Shown here: positions 36,806 to 49,947 of the stretch, in pieces
Layout: every line of letters begins with the position of its first letter
How positions within the stretch are numbered: the stretch's first letter is position 1
Assembly (NCBI GenBank): GCA_028534125.1
Contig: CM052832.1
Location: 9,984,001-10,048,000 of the forward strand
Reading direction: 5' to 3'
Origin: Lama glama
Lineage: Eukaryota
DNA: 64,000 nucleotides
The notes under the pieces: generated by a model
Told to the model about the DNA's origin: nothing
What the model saw: the letters and a program-made list of their open reading frames with translations, nothing else
Databases searched by the model: none
Position numbers and translations under genes: made by a program

Positions 36806-37367
36806 GACATCTTATGGCCATAAAAATCTCACATGTACGTGTCACAGTCCCACAGTGACACACAGATGTACACACTCTCAAAGTCACACAGACATGTTCA
36901 CACATTCTTAGAGTCACAAAATCACACATACCACATATGCCACCAGTATCACACATGCCCATGTAGACACTCGCAGACACACTCTCCTTCAGTCCTCCAG
37001 TCTTACACATGGCCCCCCACACCCCTCACCGTCATTCCTTCACACTCCCGCATGCCCCCTCGGCCACACTCAGAGGCCACCCCACCGGGGTCATGCTCCA
37101 AGACCCGGCACATTCGCGGCCTCACACTTGGCTCCATACCTCTCACATCCTCTCCCACCCACACAGTCTCTCCCCTTCTGACTCCTCCTCCATCCAGCAC
37201 ACCCGATCTCCAAGCAGCCTTCAGGGTGGGGAGGTAGCAGGCCTCCTCCGGGCCACCCTGCCCCACCCCAGCCAGGGCACCAGGCGGGGACCCCTTTGCC
37301 GGCTGGAATCAGGCGGCACCCCGCAACAAGCTTCCTCCATTGCAGGCTCCCACGCCTCCTTCTGGGG

Positions 37368-37393
37368 GCAGACAGACAGACAGACAGACAGAC
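37368..37393. repeat. (CAGA)n tetranucleotide microsatellite
   Basis: About six CAGA units. Confidence 0.9.
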
Positions 37394-40300
37394 CATGCAC
37401 ACACACCCTCCCGCTCACCCCCACGCCCCTCCGGCAGCCCCACGGCAGCAGTCTGTTCCTCATTATGGGCCAATGCGCCTGTTTACTCACCCAGCTGGAG
37501 ATGGTTAGAGAGTGATAAATAATGAAAGAGAAAACAGGCTTTTCCCCTCTGCGGCTTCTATTTATGTAACATGTGTCACAGCTCACTCACAGACTTTGTT
37601 TCGGAGCTGGTTGCAGGAAATAGTTTATTTTTTCCGGACGGTGGCTTGGGGGGGCGGGGTGGGGGGCCAGGGTTTGGGTTTCTGGTCTCACGCCCATGGG
37701 AGTTTCGGGATCTGGTTCCCAGAGTCCTCCTTACCCCGGTGCCTCCCCTCCCTGCCTCCCCCCAGACGGCTCCAGGGCTGACATCGTGGCTCAAGGCTGC
37801 CTTAGAACCGGGTTTTCTGACTCCACTGATTTGGAAGGAGCTGGGGTGATTGGGGAGCCCCTCCCAGCTGCCTGTGAAACCCCTCAAGCCAGTGAGCTTG
37901 TTTTAAGAGACTCGTGGCTTGAGGCTAAGACTCCCTGAAAGGGGTGGATGGGATAGGAGGCTTCCTAGGTAGCCTGCACCTGCTGGGGAGAGGGTGCAAA
38001 AGGATGCCTTCTATGAAACCTGAATAACAGAGCCAAACTGTGTGTCCACTTAGCAGTTTGGTGTTCATGGTCTCTCTGAGGCTTCCTTAACTTTCAGTGT
38101 TGCTTTCTAGGTGAGGAAATCAAGGAATAGGGACCTGGTGGGACTTGCCACTGTCTGCGCAGCTGGTTGTGAAGGCCAGGACTTCAAACTCACCCATCCC
38201 ACCATCCCTCTGTTTTCCCAGGGCACCTCCCTCGGAAGAGTTCTGGTCAACTGAACACTAAGGCAGGTGGGAGTAGTTACAAGGGTCTGGGCCCTTAGAG
38301 TGTGGGGGGATGTCAGCTGTTAGAGATCTGAGAGTGCCCCTCCTTGTCCCTCCCCCAACACTAAGGCAGGCATCCTTTAGGGGGTTGCTCCAGGGACAGA
38401 AGAAGCAGCAGAAAGTGACTCTGCTCCCCAACTCCCAGTGCAGGGAAGGTTTTGGGAAGCTTGAAGGCAACCTCTCCCCACTGAACCTGTCTTTCTGAAG
38501 GCCAGGGCAGGGAGCCCATGCCTTGTCTGATGTGGAGCCTGAGTGGGGTCCCAGGCCACCTACTGGGGAAACCCAGAGGTACCAACCTCTGAAGGATGCA
38601 GTCTACTGTGGAAGATGGATTGGGCAGCCCCAGTTCCCACAGACTGTGTGTGTGTTTGTGTGTGTGTGTACACAGGTAACATGGCATCAGTCCTGCCTGG
38701 TGGCCTCAGGGATTCTTTCAGAGACTGTTCCACTGGGATCTCCTAGCTGGTGGGAGAAGCAGCCACATTCCCGAGATAAAGACTTTTAAAACACTGCCTG
38801 ACCAGAATAAGAACAAATAGTGAGGACTCAGTGCAAAAGAGAAAGAGCATCAAGGAGCTGGGTTCCAAGTTCAATGGGCGTCAGGATCACAAAGGAGCTG
38901 ATCAAATGCTGATGCCCAGGTTGGCCCCCAGGGTGTTAATTCAGCAGGTGGAGAGCGTCCAGGAATCCGCATGGCTGACAAGTTCCTGGGACTTCTGAGA
39001 CTAGTGGTTTCCCAAAGACACGGAGACAGCAGCACCCTAAGGGCGGGCCCTGCCCCCAAGGACGAGAAGGAAGCATTGTGCTTAGGTCGAGAAAGTCTGA
39101 CTTACCCAAAAGAGCAGGAATGAATTGGTCAGAAGAATGATAAAACTAGTCAAAAGGGAGGGAGAGAGGAAGGAGGAGAGGAAATGAGAGTTTACCAACA
39201 CCAATTAGGTGCCAAGCACAGTTCTATGGCATTTGGATCTATCTGCTTCAACTTTGTGGCATGCATACCCATCTCTGTAACCTAAAACACCATCAACATT
39301 TTATTCTTACTACCATATAATGCTCATAGAGACACAACCAAGCTTTTTGTGTCAGCCAGGGCGGTTTGCACATCTTTGAGCACTTACTATGCACCAGGCA
39401 CTGCTTTAATTTATATGTGTGGCTTTATTTTTCCTGCTCCACAACACTGACAAGCAATAATATTCCCATTTTACTGAGGAGAACATCAAGGCTCGGAGAC
39501 TCATGTCAGGCCACCCCAGGCAAATCCTGGTAGCAGGAGGAGCCAGGGCTCTCCTTACTGCTCCCGGGAGGACTCCTGTTGAGGAGATGGAGTAACTTCA
39601 TCTAGAACCTGCTTTGCTGCCCTCTCTCCAAGATTCCCTCCCTCCCCTCTGAGGAGTGGAGAGGCTGGATGGGGAGGTGACCTCTTTGCTATTCATGTAG
39701 CCCCTTGTCTTTGGGACCTTATGGACTCTCACGAAGCCCACCCAGCTTGCATCCTGGTCTCAGAGCTCTTTGTCTGCAGGCAAATGCCCAGGACGGGAAG
39801 CTGAGCATCTGGGGTCTCTGGAGCACTTGTGGCCCTGAGGGGGTCCCAGGAGAGAAGGGCCGTGTGAGGAAGGCTTAAGGAGCACCCTTGCCTAGGTTTC
39901 CAGGGGCCCCCTGCATCCCTGTCCCCTTGGCAGTATGGGTGTGTCACAGCTGGAGAATGCGAGTGGAAGTGGGGGGCAGGGGAGGGGCTGGCCAGAGCGT
40001 GGCCCTGGGCATTTGTTCAGGCTGCGGGCTGAACTTGATTTCAAACATAGGGACTCACAGCAGTTTCATGGGGGTCCTGCCCAGACGCCCCCACAAACAT
40101 TCACCTGCACACACTCATGTTCTCAGGTGATTCTGCTGCATGTGGAGTCCCCTATCATGAAGACCCAGACAAAGCTCTGGCCTCTAATGGCCCCTGTGGA
40201 CGGTGACATGAGTAGTAAAAATCATCCTAACCCCCATATGGTCTGCACCCCTTGTCTCTAGACTTCCTTGATCCAGCAAGGAAGCTTTTATTATAACCAC

Positions 40301-41905
40301 CCCTGTCCTTAGAGATGAGAAAATTGGGGCTCAAAAAAGCCAAGCAACTGGCCCGAGGACACACAGCCAATATGTGGCAGAGCCTGATTGGGATTCGGAC
40401 ACTTCATCCCTGTCTCCAGGCTGCCATTCCTGTTCCTCTCCCAGCAGCCAGCAACCAGCACCCAGTATGTGTCAGGAAGCCCACTGATTCATGCACATAA
40501 GTGGAGTTTTTTTCATATAAACTCAGCACAGGCCCAAGCCGCTCCTATCTCCCAACCCACCCTGAACTGGGATCTCGCAGGAGACTCAGAAAATCGCAGA
40601 CCCTCTGCTTCCTCCACAACCAGAACTAGCACAGCCTGAATTCCCTGGGCTCCAGCCTCAGTTTCCCTCTGTCTCTCAGGCCCACACACCTGGGCAAGGC
40701 TCTCCCTGCACTGGGGAGACTGACAACCCTGGCTGGGCTCCTGTTCCAAGTCTGGCCCTCACTCTGGAAACCTCTGGGGTCCAGCCACCTCCATCCTCCC
40801 CTCTTCCTCAGAAACACCAGGCCTGGCACTGCCTGCCTGCAGCCCCCTCTCCCTACGGCCCCCTGGGAGCCCAGACTTTGCTTGAGGGCAGCGAGTGAAG
40901 CCGGCTGTAACAGAGAAACCTCAGGCTCCTCTTTAGAAGTCCCTGGAGGAGGCAGATCTGAGGAAAGGCTGCCGAGAAGGCGCCTGCAGCAATGTCAGTT
41001 TGAGAACAACCTGGCTGACAGGATGCTGAGCGGGGATTAAGGTCGGGATCAGGGAAGCCGGGGCATGAAGGCAAGTTCCCTGCTCCCCTTGCTGCTCTGC
41101 TGCCACCGCAGCCGCAGCCGCCTCTGCTGCTGGGTTTGTCTTCTTGTTTGTTCTAGCTCTGGGAAAGTGGGCGGAGAGGGAAGTGAGCAGGGGTGAGGCA
41201 GGGAGGTGGGGGGAAGGACAGGAGAGAGGTGGAGATGGGCACGCAGGGGATGGAAGGGGATGGGTCTCCTCTGGTCCTCAGGACTCAGTTAAGGGTGGGG
41301 CAGAGGCATGGTGGTCCTGGCCTGGGACCTGTCCCCACTGATTGTCCCCAGTTGGCCATGAGAGGGCCAGCCTGCTGCCCTGTTAACACTCTTCCACGTG
41401 CAGAGCCTGTCCTGAGTGTTAGTGGCAGGTCCAGTGAGGACAAAATTGTTCCTACTCTGTGAGAGCCTCCCAGGCCAACATGGTAGATGCACTACATCTT
41501 ACAGAAAGGGGTAAGTCTGTTTCCACCTAACCACAAATGTAAGATCTCTGTTCTGTGGAAAGGCCTTCACCCTGACCTGCCTCATCATTGAAATGTCACA
41601 AGAGCCCAGCCAAATGAGCTGAGTTCAGATCAGCCAGAGCAACAAAATTCTAGTGAAACCTCAGACCCCTTTCGTTGTTACTGGTGGAGTGGTTAAGAGT
41701 ATTGCTTCTAGTCTTGGACAGCATAGGTTTGAACTCTGGCTCTGCCTCTGATTCGCTGTACAAACCTTGGGGAAGTTGGAACCTCTCTCTGCCTCAGTGA
41801 GAGAAAATGGTAAGGCTGCTAAGAAGATGCAGGGAATAAACACGTGAACAGTGCTTGGAGCAGGGCCTGCCACAGGGGATGTGTGCAATGAGGGTAGTTG
41901 CATTT

Positions 41906-42035
41906 TTTTTAAATTTATTTTCTTGGGAGGAATAATTAGGTTTATTTATTTACTTATTTATGATGGACCTGGGGATTGAACCCAGGACCTCATGCATGCT
42001 AAGCACACACTCTACCACTGAGCTATACTCTCCCC
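41906..42035 (-). mobile_element. tRNA-derived SINE, Vic-1-like
   Basis: Reverse complement reads GGGGAGAGTATAGCTCAGTGGTAGAGTGTGTGCTTAGCATGCATGAGGTCCTGGGTTCAATCCCCAG, then an (AAAT)n-CCTAATTA tail. TTGCATTT occurs on both sides (41898, 42050). Confidence 0.88.
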
Positions 42036-43009
42036 GCTCCGCCTTTAAATTGCATTTACTATGGGTGGGCAGAGGGAAAGAATTCTAGGAGAAATCCAAA
42101 GTCAATCACCCAAAAGCCTCCTGGAGAAATGGAATGTGGAATCTGATTTTGGAGACTGAGGCTTGGCAGAGAGTAAATGGAAGTATGAATTAGGGGTGGA
42201 AGACAGAGCCCCTGTTTGCCTGTGAGTGTGGGGCTGAGAGGTGTAGGGATTTAAGGAGGTGTCTGATGAGAGGTGGAAAGGCCTCATTTTCTGGGAGCCC
42301 CATTCCCAGCCAGTCTTTCTCCAAAGTTCCTGCTCTAACTAGGGGTGACATGACTATTCTCTCCCAGTACCGCCAAGGGCAAGCCAGTGGTGCAAAGACC
42401 ATGAAAAGATGCCATTGGTCATCATGACCTTCCCAGAATAGGATGTAGTCCAGAAATCCCAGCCATACACAGACACTTTCAGTTGCACCTGGGTTCTCTG
42501 GACCTGGGGAGGGACAAGAGAGCAGAGAAACATGCAGAGATGACAAACCTGACAGTCCCTGGGGTTGGGTTCCAGCTCTACCACTGACCAACTGTGTGAC
42601 TTGGAGCAAGTCAATTAGTCTCCCTGGGCTCTTGTTGCCTGGTCTGTGACATGGGATAAAGATTCACAGAAGAACCAAGGAGGGCTTTTCCTGGCCTTGG
42701 CGGCTGCAGCTGCAAAGTCCTGGTCCCCTGGCCCATGCTGCAGCCCCTCTTGGGGATCCTCAGCCCCTCATCCCATCTCTGGGCACCCTGGCCGCCGACT
42801 GCAGGTAGGAAAGGGCCTGGGATGGGAGTGAGAACCTGGAATGGATACTGGTAATTGAGGAAAGGGTCTGCTGAATTTGAGCTCTGGCGGGAAGAACCTG
42901 GCCAGGGGCCTGGTCTCTGCAGGTGTGGCAGGGGAGCTGCTGGCTGGGGATTTTCTCTCTAGGGGACTGGTTTCTGGAGAAGTTAATTTCCAAAACTCCA
43001 TTAAAAAAT

Positions 43010-43660
43010 TGTCAATAAAATTCATGTATATTTATTGTAGAAAACTTGGAAAATACAGAAAAGCATAAAAAAGGAGATGAAATTCAGCCATAATCCCACC
43101 AATCAGAAATAACCATGGTAAGATTTTACCATAACTTCGGTTTTCCAAAGTATACAGTCACACACACATTCACACACTCAGAAGCATGCACTCATGGACA
43201 TTTACACATCTATTCACATTTGTATACTTACACACATATTCACACTCACACATTTACACACATATGTGTAACTATTTATTACAGCATAACACACTTTGTA
43301 CCTACATCTCAAAAAGTTTAGACACAGCTTCTTGGAATCATGAATCCATTACAGTTTTGTAAAACTGGTTTCTTCATTAAACAAAATATCAAGAACCTTT
43401 CCACCGTCATTAAATAGTTTACTCCAACATCATTTGGGGGGGGGTTGTGGGTAATTAGGTTTATTTATTTATTTTTTTAAATGGAGGTACTGGGGATTGA
43501 ACCCAGGACCTCATGCATGCTAGGCACACACCCTACCACTGAGCTCTACCCTCCTCACCTTCAGCATCATTTAAATGACTGCACAGTGCTCTGTCTTTTG
43601 AGTGTATTGTAAGGTGCATACTTTTATCAATTCACAATTTTTGGTCACCCAGAATGTTTC
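43010..43660 (-). mobile_element. Ancient LINE-1 fragment (L1ME-like) interrupted by a CA-rich tract and a SINE
   Basis: TTTATTGTAGAAAACTTGGAAAATACAGAAAAGCATAAA...ATAATCCCACCAATCAGAAATAACC resembles L1ME termini. Confidence 0.6.
43436..43560 (-). mobile_element. tRNA-derived SINE, Vic-1-like
   Basis: Same head (AGCTCAGTGGTAG...GCATGCATGAGGTCCTGGGTTCAATCCCCAGTACCTCCA) and tail. TSD CA(A/G)CATCATTT at 43425-43435 and 43562-43572. Confidence 0.88.
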
Positions 43661-43668
43661 TAGAGTTT

Positions 43669-43830
43669 TCTTTTTTTTAACAATCATGTATTTTTTTAAA
43701 TTGCAGTATTGTCAATTCATAATATTGTGTCCATTTCTGGTGTACGACATAATGTTTCAGTCATACATACACATGCATATATTCCTTTTCATATTCTTTT
43801 TCATTACAGATTATTACAAGCTATTGAATA
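43669..43830 (-). mobile_element. 5'-truncated LINE-1 3' end
   Basis: Homologous to the 51.0 kb copy (TTTCTGGTGTAC...CATATTCTTTT...TTATTACA). TAGAGTTT is repeated at 43661 and 43829. Confidence 0.75.
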
Positions 43831-44724
43831 GAGTTTAAGCCAAACATCACTGTAGAGAAATCTTTGAGGGGGTGGCTAACCTTACAACTGTTGATTTGTC
43901 TGTCTACCCCTGGCCCAAGTGTGAGACTTTCTAGGGCCAGCTCCGAATACAATTCATGAACTAGGCTCCTGGTTCCCCGGAGACATCCAGTAATTATTGA
44001 ATTGCTTTGCGTTTCCGGAGCTTGTGTTCTGGACTGAGGAACTGGGATGGTGGACTGATCAAGAAGGATCCCACCTTCCTGGTTGGAACACTCAGGGGCC
44101 CCCAGTGATCTGTGCTAGGCCTGCCAGCATCTAGGATATAAAACGTTTCCAAGCCCAGAGCCACTGGCCAGCCTGGAGGCTCTCGGAACCGCCTCCCTTT
44201 ACCTCTCATCTTCCTGGGCAAACCTAACGTTGCCTCCCCCTGCCAAGACCCTCCCCCTTCACACCCCCCCACCTCTGACTCATTTAAGTTCTTTTGTTGT
44301 GTCTTCAAGCTGAAGGCCTAGCCCGACAGAGCCCTTTCACCTGCTCATTACTGCTGGAGTACTGTTGTGGCAGCTCTCCGGGCTCCCCAGGAAGCAGCCC
44401 CCTCTCTGGCCCCCAGTTCTGACAGCGCAGCCCCCTGGGCCCCTGGGAAGGACCCACATGGCACAACTCAGCCCTGCCCCTGATCTGTCTGTCACCCCCC
44501 AGGGCACCAAGGGGCCTTTGTCTCTTCCTCCTGGGCGGGGGCTCTGGGCAGATACCGTCATTCTTCCTAATACAGATTTGTAGAATCATGGATTTTGGAG
44601 CTAGGACCCAGCTCCCATTTTTCAGTGGGTCCTTAAAATGAATGCGAATTGAGAGAGAAAAATCAAGAGGGAAAACCTACTCATTTAATTTCCCTCCTCA
44701 AGCATCCATGCCCCCAACCTCCTG

Positions 44725-44885
44725 CAATCTTTTTTTCTTTTCTCTTTTTCCCCCTCTCCATTTTCTCCCTCTTCCCCCTTTCCCTCTTTCTCTCTTCTTT
44801 CAGCTCCGACACACTCTCCCACCCTCCTGTCCTCATTTCCCCTCCTCTCCCCTTCTTTTTTAAGTTTTTTTTTCTTTTAACTTTC
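44725..44885. repeat. Long polypyrimidine (CT-rich) tract
   Basis: ~160 nt of almost only C and T on the plus strand. Confidence 0.9.
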
Positions 44886-47559
44886 AAGGTCATTCAGGAC
44901 TTCTGACGCCGCCAGTCCCTTGGTGAGACGTGAGCGCCATTGGCGTCCGTGGCCTCTGTTTCCGTGGCAACCCAGTAACCATTAATTTTCAATTAAAGGA
45001 GACAAAAAGCTCGATGACAGCTCCAGGTCTGCTGAAGATGTCAAGAATCTGTATTAATATACAGCAAGAGAGCATAATTGTGTGTCCATCTTCCAGAGCA
45101 GCGAAAAATGGAGGGATAATTACCAGCTCGAAAGCCACTCTGTAATTTAGTTCTTACTGTCACCACAGCCCTACACATTAGCATAAATTAAAAGCAGAGT
45201 TTATTGTTATCAAAGTGCATTGATATCGCCAGACCCGCTTTCTTCCTTTTAACTGTTTGTCGTGGGTGAGTGACTCCCCAACTCTCGCAGGGTCTCCCTG
45301 GGGTGGGGAGAAGTTCCAGTGCAGGGGCTGCTGAGGTACTGATGCTGGATCTGGAAGGTCTTGGTCATTTTTGCCATCCTCCCTCCGGGTGAATGGGGAC
45401 AAGGGTCAGGGCATTGCCCCTCTGAAGAGGTCTGGGGATGGTGGTGGTGGGGAACTTGGGTATTAATTCATCTTTGATGTGTGAGTGTTTCGTTTTGCCC
45501 AAAGGCCCTCTTTCTGGAGGGGGCTCCTGCCCATCTCCGGGTCCCCCTTCAGTGTCTAGTACAACATAGGGCAGGGGACGGATGCTCAAAGCCACTGTGA
45601 AACAAAGTGAGTGTCTGAGGGGGTCTCCTCTCCTGGGGTGGATGTCAGTGGGGACCTTCCCCTGCTTCTCCAATTCAGGGTGTGAATTTCCCAGCCCAGA
45701 GTGGAGATGCTCCTGGCTCTGGCCCAGTTCTCAGTGTGGCCCCTCTGGAGCCCCTCCACTTGCCTCTTGACCCTCCATCACCATGCCCTCCCCTCCCCTC
45801 GGTCCTGCCTCCCTGTAGACTCACCTCCGGGTAGTTACAGTGCCTAGAAGTGTCTCGCTGCCAGGGTGCCAGTGACAACCACAGAAATCATGAATTTCCG
45901 TGAATGGGGGATGCGGGTTTTCTTGTATTCTATCCAGAGAGAGCTGTCCTTCAGAGGGGAATTTAGTGTAATTACCCTTAAGGGAGCGATCCTTATACAG
46001 TCAGTCACAACACTGACCTCCTGGCTGAGATCTGACAGCAAAATTACAGGCTGTGTACTCAACAGAAGGGGCATCCTTCTTTTGGGGGGGGGCGTGGGGG
46101 GGAGGTGGGAAGGAAGGAGGAGGAGGGGAAGGAGATGCAGAGGCTTTGAAAAGAAAAGTGCTGGCTTCCAGCTGCCAGGCAAGCCGTTCTCCTCAGAGAG
46201 GCTTCTGTGGGGCTGAGATTCCGCCTGCACTTCTGCTGGTTCTGAGGAGGGGAGGAGGTGGGCACTCTGGCTCTTTAAATCTTTGAGCCCCGGTCTGTGA
46301 TCTTAGCTAAAGTTAATCTTATTATAGGTTAGGGTCTGGAGGGTACTAGGAATTATTCGATAAACCACACAGGCGTGTTTTCCCAAACATATCTATCTGT
46401 TCCTTGGTCTCTCTCCCACCATTCCTCCTATCTTTGAGTGGCTACATCCCAGACTCTGTTAAACTGCCCCTGGGTTATTTACCTGGCAGGACTAACATGT
46501 TAATCTGTGACCATTCCAAATTTAGCATGGATTTATCTGTCACACAGCAGAACCCTAAGGACACAGGTCAGGCAAGTCTTCACAAGGCAGTGGAGAAAGT
46601 CCGCTCTGTGGGCAGATCTCCAAGGACTGTGGAGCTCGGGAAGGAATGGAAATAGATCCCCAAATCTCACAGCTGGGAGAGATCCCAAAACCACTGGACC
46701 CAAACTCCTCCCAATGCAGGGGTCCCTTCTGCTCCACCTCTCTCCAAAACTTAGCTGTCTCTGCTCATGCACTCCTACCAGTAAGAGCTCACCAATTCTA
46801 AAGAGGTCCATTCTGCACTAAAGAGCATTGATTACTGGAAAATTCCTCCTGAAAATCTGTTTCCTACCTTGCCTTTGGAGCCCAAGAATAAATCTAAACT
46901 TTCTCCAGTGAGACCGCCTTTTAGCTACATGAAGACAACGCTCAGCTGTCCAACATCTTCTCCTTCAATTCTGGGACCCAGTTAATCCATCACCTTCCAG
47001 CTGACCCTCCCATAGAAGAGCCAAAAAGGAATCTGAAAGGATGAGGGAGGACCTGAAACACCAAGGTAACGTTAACTGAGCATCCACTATGTTCCAGGCA
47101 CAGACACCACCACACCTCCTTTCATCCTATCCAGTGAGGGGAGGAGATATGATTCCCATTTTACTGTAGAGGAAAAAAAGACCCAGAAAGCTGTAAGTCA
47201 CTTGCCGCAGGTGCCCTGGTGGCTGAGAGGCAGAGCCGGGATTGGAACCCAGACTCCTGATCCCAGCCGAGGCTTTCCTTGAGAATCCAGCTGCCGTTGT
47301 CCCCAGGCCCGTCAAGCACCATAAACTCTGTCATTGCTCTGCCTGTCTCCCTACCTCCAAGCAGGCTCCAGGGATGCCTTCTCTCCTCTCTCCTTGGCAG
47401 GGAGAAGGAATTCCAGGGGAAACCCAGCTCAAGTCTTGCTTCCTCCCTGAAAGCTCCCCTGCCCTCAGTAACGGCTTCAACGACAACATTAGCAATTATT
47501 TACGACCACAGGACCATGCTCCAGCGTTTGTGCTATGTGCTTAAAGTAGGGTGTTTCAT

Positions 47560-47890
47560 TCAATTCTCTGGGCATTTTCTCTGACTGAGAGTTCCGCCTG
47601 GACCTGTCTCCCCTCTGAGATCTGCGTCTCTTTCAAGACCACCTTCGCAGGGTTGCCAAACCTAACCATCCTTTCCCAGTTCCTTGTTCCCTGCCGTTTC
47701 TCCCTACAGCTCCTATCACCTTCTAAGCTGGCAGAGAATTTGCCCATTATTATGCTCATTGTCTATTTCCCTCCACTCTAGCCTCCAAAAGGGCAGGGAC
47801 TTTGCTTATTTTGTTTACTGTTGTATCCCAAGCACTTAGAACAGCGCATAGTATAAAGCAGGTTCTGGATGCATATTTGTCAAGTGCAGG
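47560..47890 (+). mobile_element. LINE-2 3' end
   Basis: TTGTCTATTTCCCTCCACT...GGGCAGGGACTTTG...TTTGTTTACTGTTGTATCCCAAGCACTTAGAACAGCGC. Confidence 0.7.
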
Positions 47891-49947
47891 GAGGAATACT
47901 TAAAACCCAGGTGTAAATAGCATCAGAACATTGCCTGTCATCTTATAATCAGTTCATAAATGTTAACTACAACTAGTACTATTATTATTATCATTATTAT
48001 TATAATATGAATTAAATGGATTTGATGACTCAAAAATATTTGTCATTCAAGTAAATTACTATATTGTGTTAAATTAAAGTGATATCTTAAAAAAAAAACA
48101 AAAAACCTTGCATGTCAGTTTCACAACAGAGAGGGACTAGGGCTCTAGTTTGGGGTTAGGTGGCTTGTCCCAGGTCACAAGGCTGGCGATACCCAGATTC
48201 AAGCTCTCGTTTATTTGGGGCTGCTGAGTATAGGACTCTAAGCCGGGCCTGTTCTGAACTTTGAGTTGGGAAGGGGAGTGGGGCAGCTGGCTTCCTGGGG
48301 CATTTCTGCCTGCATGCCCATCGGCAGGTCCTTCTGGGTCCCCCTGCCCTCCTTCCTCTTCCTGCAGCTCCTTTCAGCAGCCCCCTCCCTACTCCCAGCC
48401 AGGGAGGGGCCTGCAGGTGCATTACGGCTGGCTGGCTTCCTTCCCCTGAGGACTGGTCCCTGCCTGGGCTGGATCCACACCCAGGGGCCCTGGGTGCCCC
48501 TGGGAGGCCCCCACCCTGGTCTCTGAGTGGCTCCTCTCCCTTGGATGTGAATGCGGGCCCCAGAGTGGCCACACAGAACATACATCTTAAACAAACACTT
48601 CTCCTTGCTGTTTATCTCCCTGGCCTTTAAACAAACTCTTTCAAAGGTTTCTGCTGATAGGAGAGATTTACTGAAAACCATTCCTTGCTTAAAAGCTCTG
48701 GGTTTATGCTTCCCGGGGTGGGGGTAGCGGGGCTGTGGAGCCTGGGGTTTCTCTGCCTCTGGACCACATGTTTATGCTCCAGGCCTTGATAGAGGAGCAA
48801 CACAGACTAATCTTTATGGAAAAGAAAATAGGAAAAGCAGGAAAGGGGAGGGGTGGAGACTGGGGGAGAAGTTTGGTTCTTGTCTTTGACTCCAGGAGGC
48901 TTTGGCAGGTCTGGGGAGACAGTGCCCACCACCCTGCAGCCCGTGGGGGCTGGGTACAGCAGCCAGGCCGGGTGGGGCTCCCTTGAACTTTGGACGGAAG
49001 GCCCTTGGGCGGGTGAGCCTCTTCTGGGGCCCTCATCCCTGGACAGAAGCCAGAATGGGCCTCTCCTGGTTGGAGGGGGCAAGGACTGGGATGGCAGGGC
49101 AGCTGCCGCAGGACGATATTTACTTCTGTATTCCACCAACATTTAGGTCAGGACCAGAGTCATAGTTAACATTGGCTTCAGCATGTCTGTCGGCCTGGTG
49201 CTGTTCCACATCGCTTATGTATTAGCTCATTTACTACAACAGCCCCAGAAGTAGATTCTGTAATTGTCCTAGTTTTGCAGATGGGGAAACCAAGACACAG
49301 AGAAATGACAGAGCCACACCCCCTGAGGTTTTGGTGTAACTGGGATGCAGTCTCGGCGTCATACTCTAAAGTGTATCTCGAGTGGGGAGCTGTAGAGATG
49401 GATGTTCTTCTTGCCCCTTCCTCGCCCTCCAAATAATAGTATTTTATCAGTTCTAACGTGCACCCGTCTCTGATGTCTGAGATGTGTCCCACAATCCCTT
49501 GACAGCAGTATCTCCTTCTTAGCAGAATGTAAACTAACAGCACACCTTGCAATCTTAGGTTTGGGAAAGTGTAGTAATAGAGAACTAATCTCTAGCACCC
49601 GTGGGCCGTGGGCTGGGTGGTTTGCATACATGATTTCATTTGCTCCACCTCTTAAAACTTTGAAATAGATCTCAATTCTATTTCGATTTCTCTGATGAGA
49701 AAACTGAGGCACTAGGAACTTACAAACTTGCCTAAGACCAAATTCAAATTGTGGAATTGAATCCCCAATTAAAGGGCCTAATATTTATTCCTGACCCTTG
49801 AAGGGTGTGAATATATACTTTTATACAGTCTTTTATTAGTAATATATTTTGTATACATATAATTCTAATTATTATATTATATATACCTTTCAAGCTGTCT
49901 TCACTTTTATTTTGTCTATTGAGGAAGAAAGATGGATTGAGTGGCCT

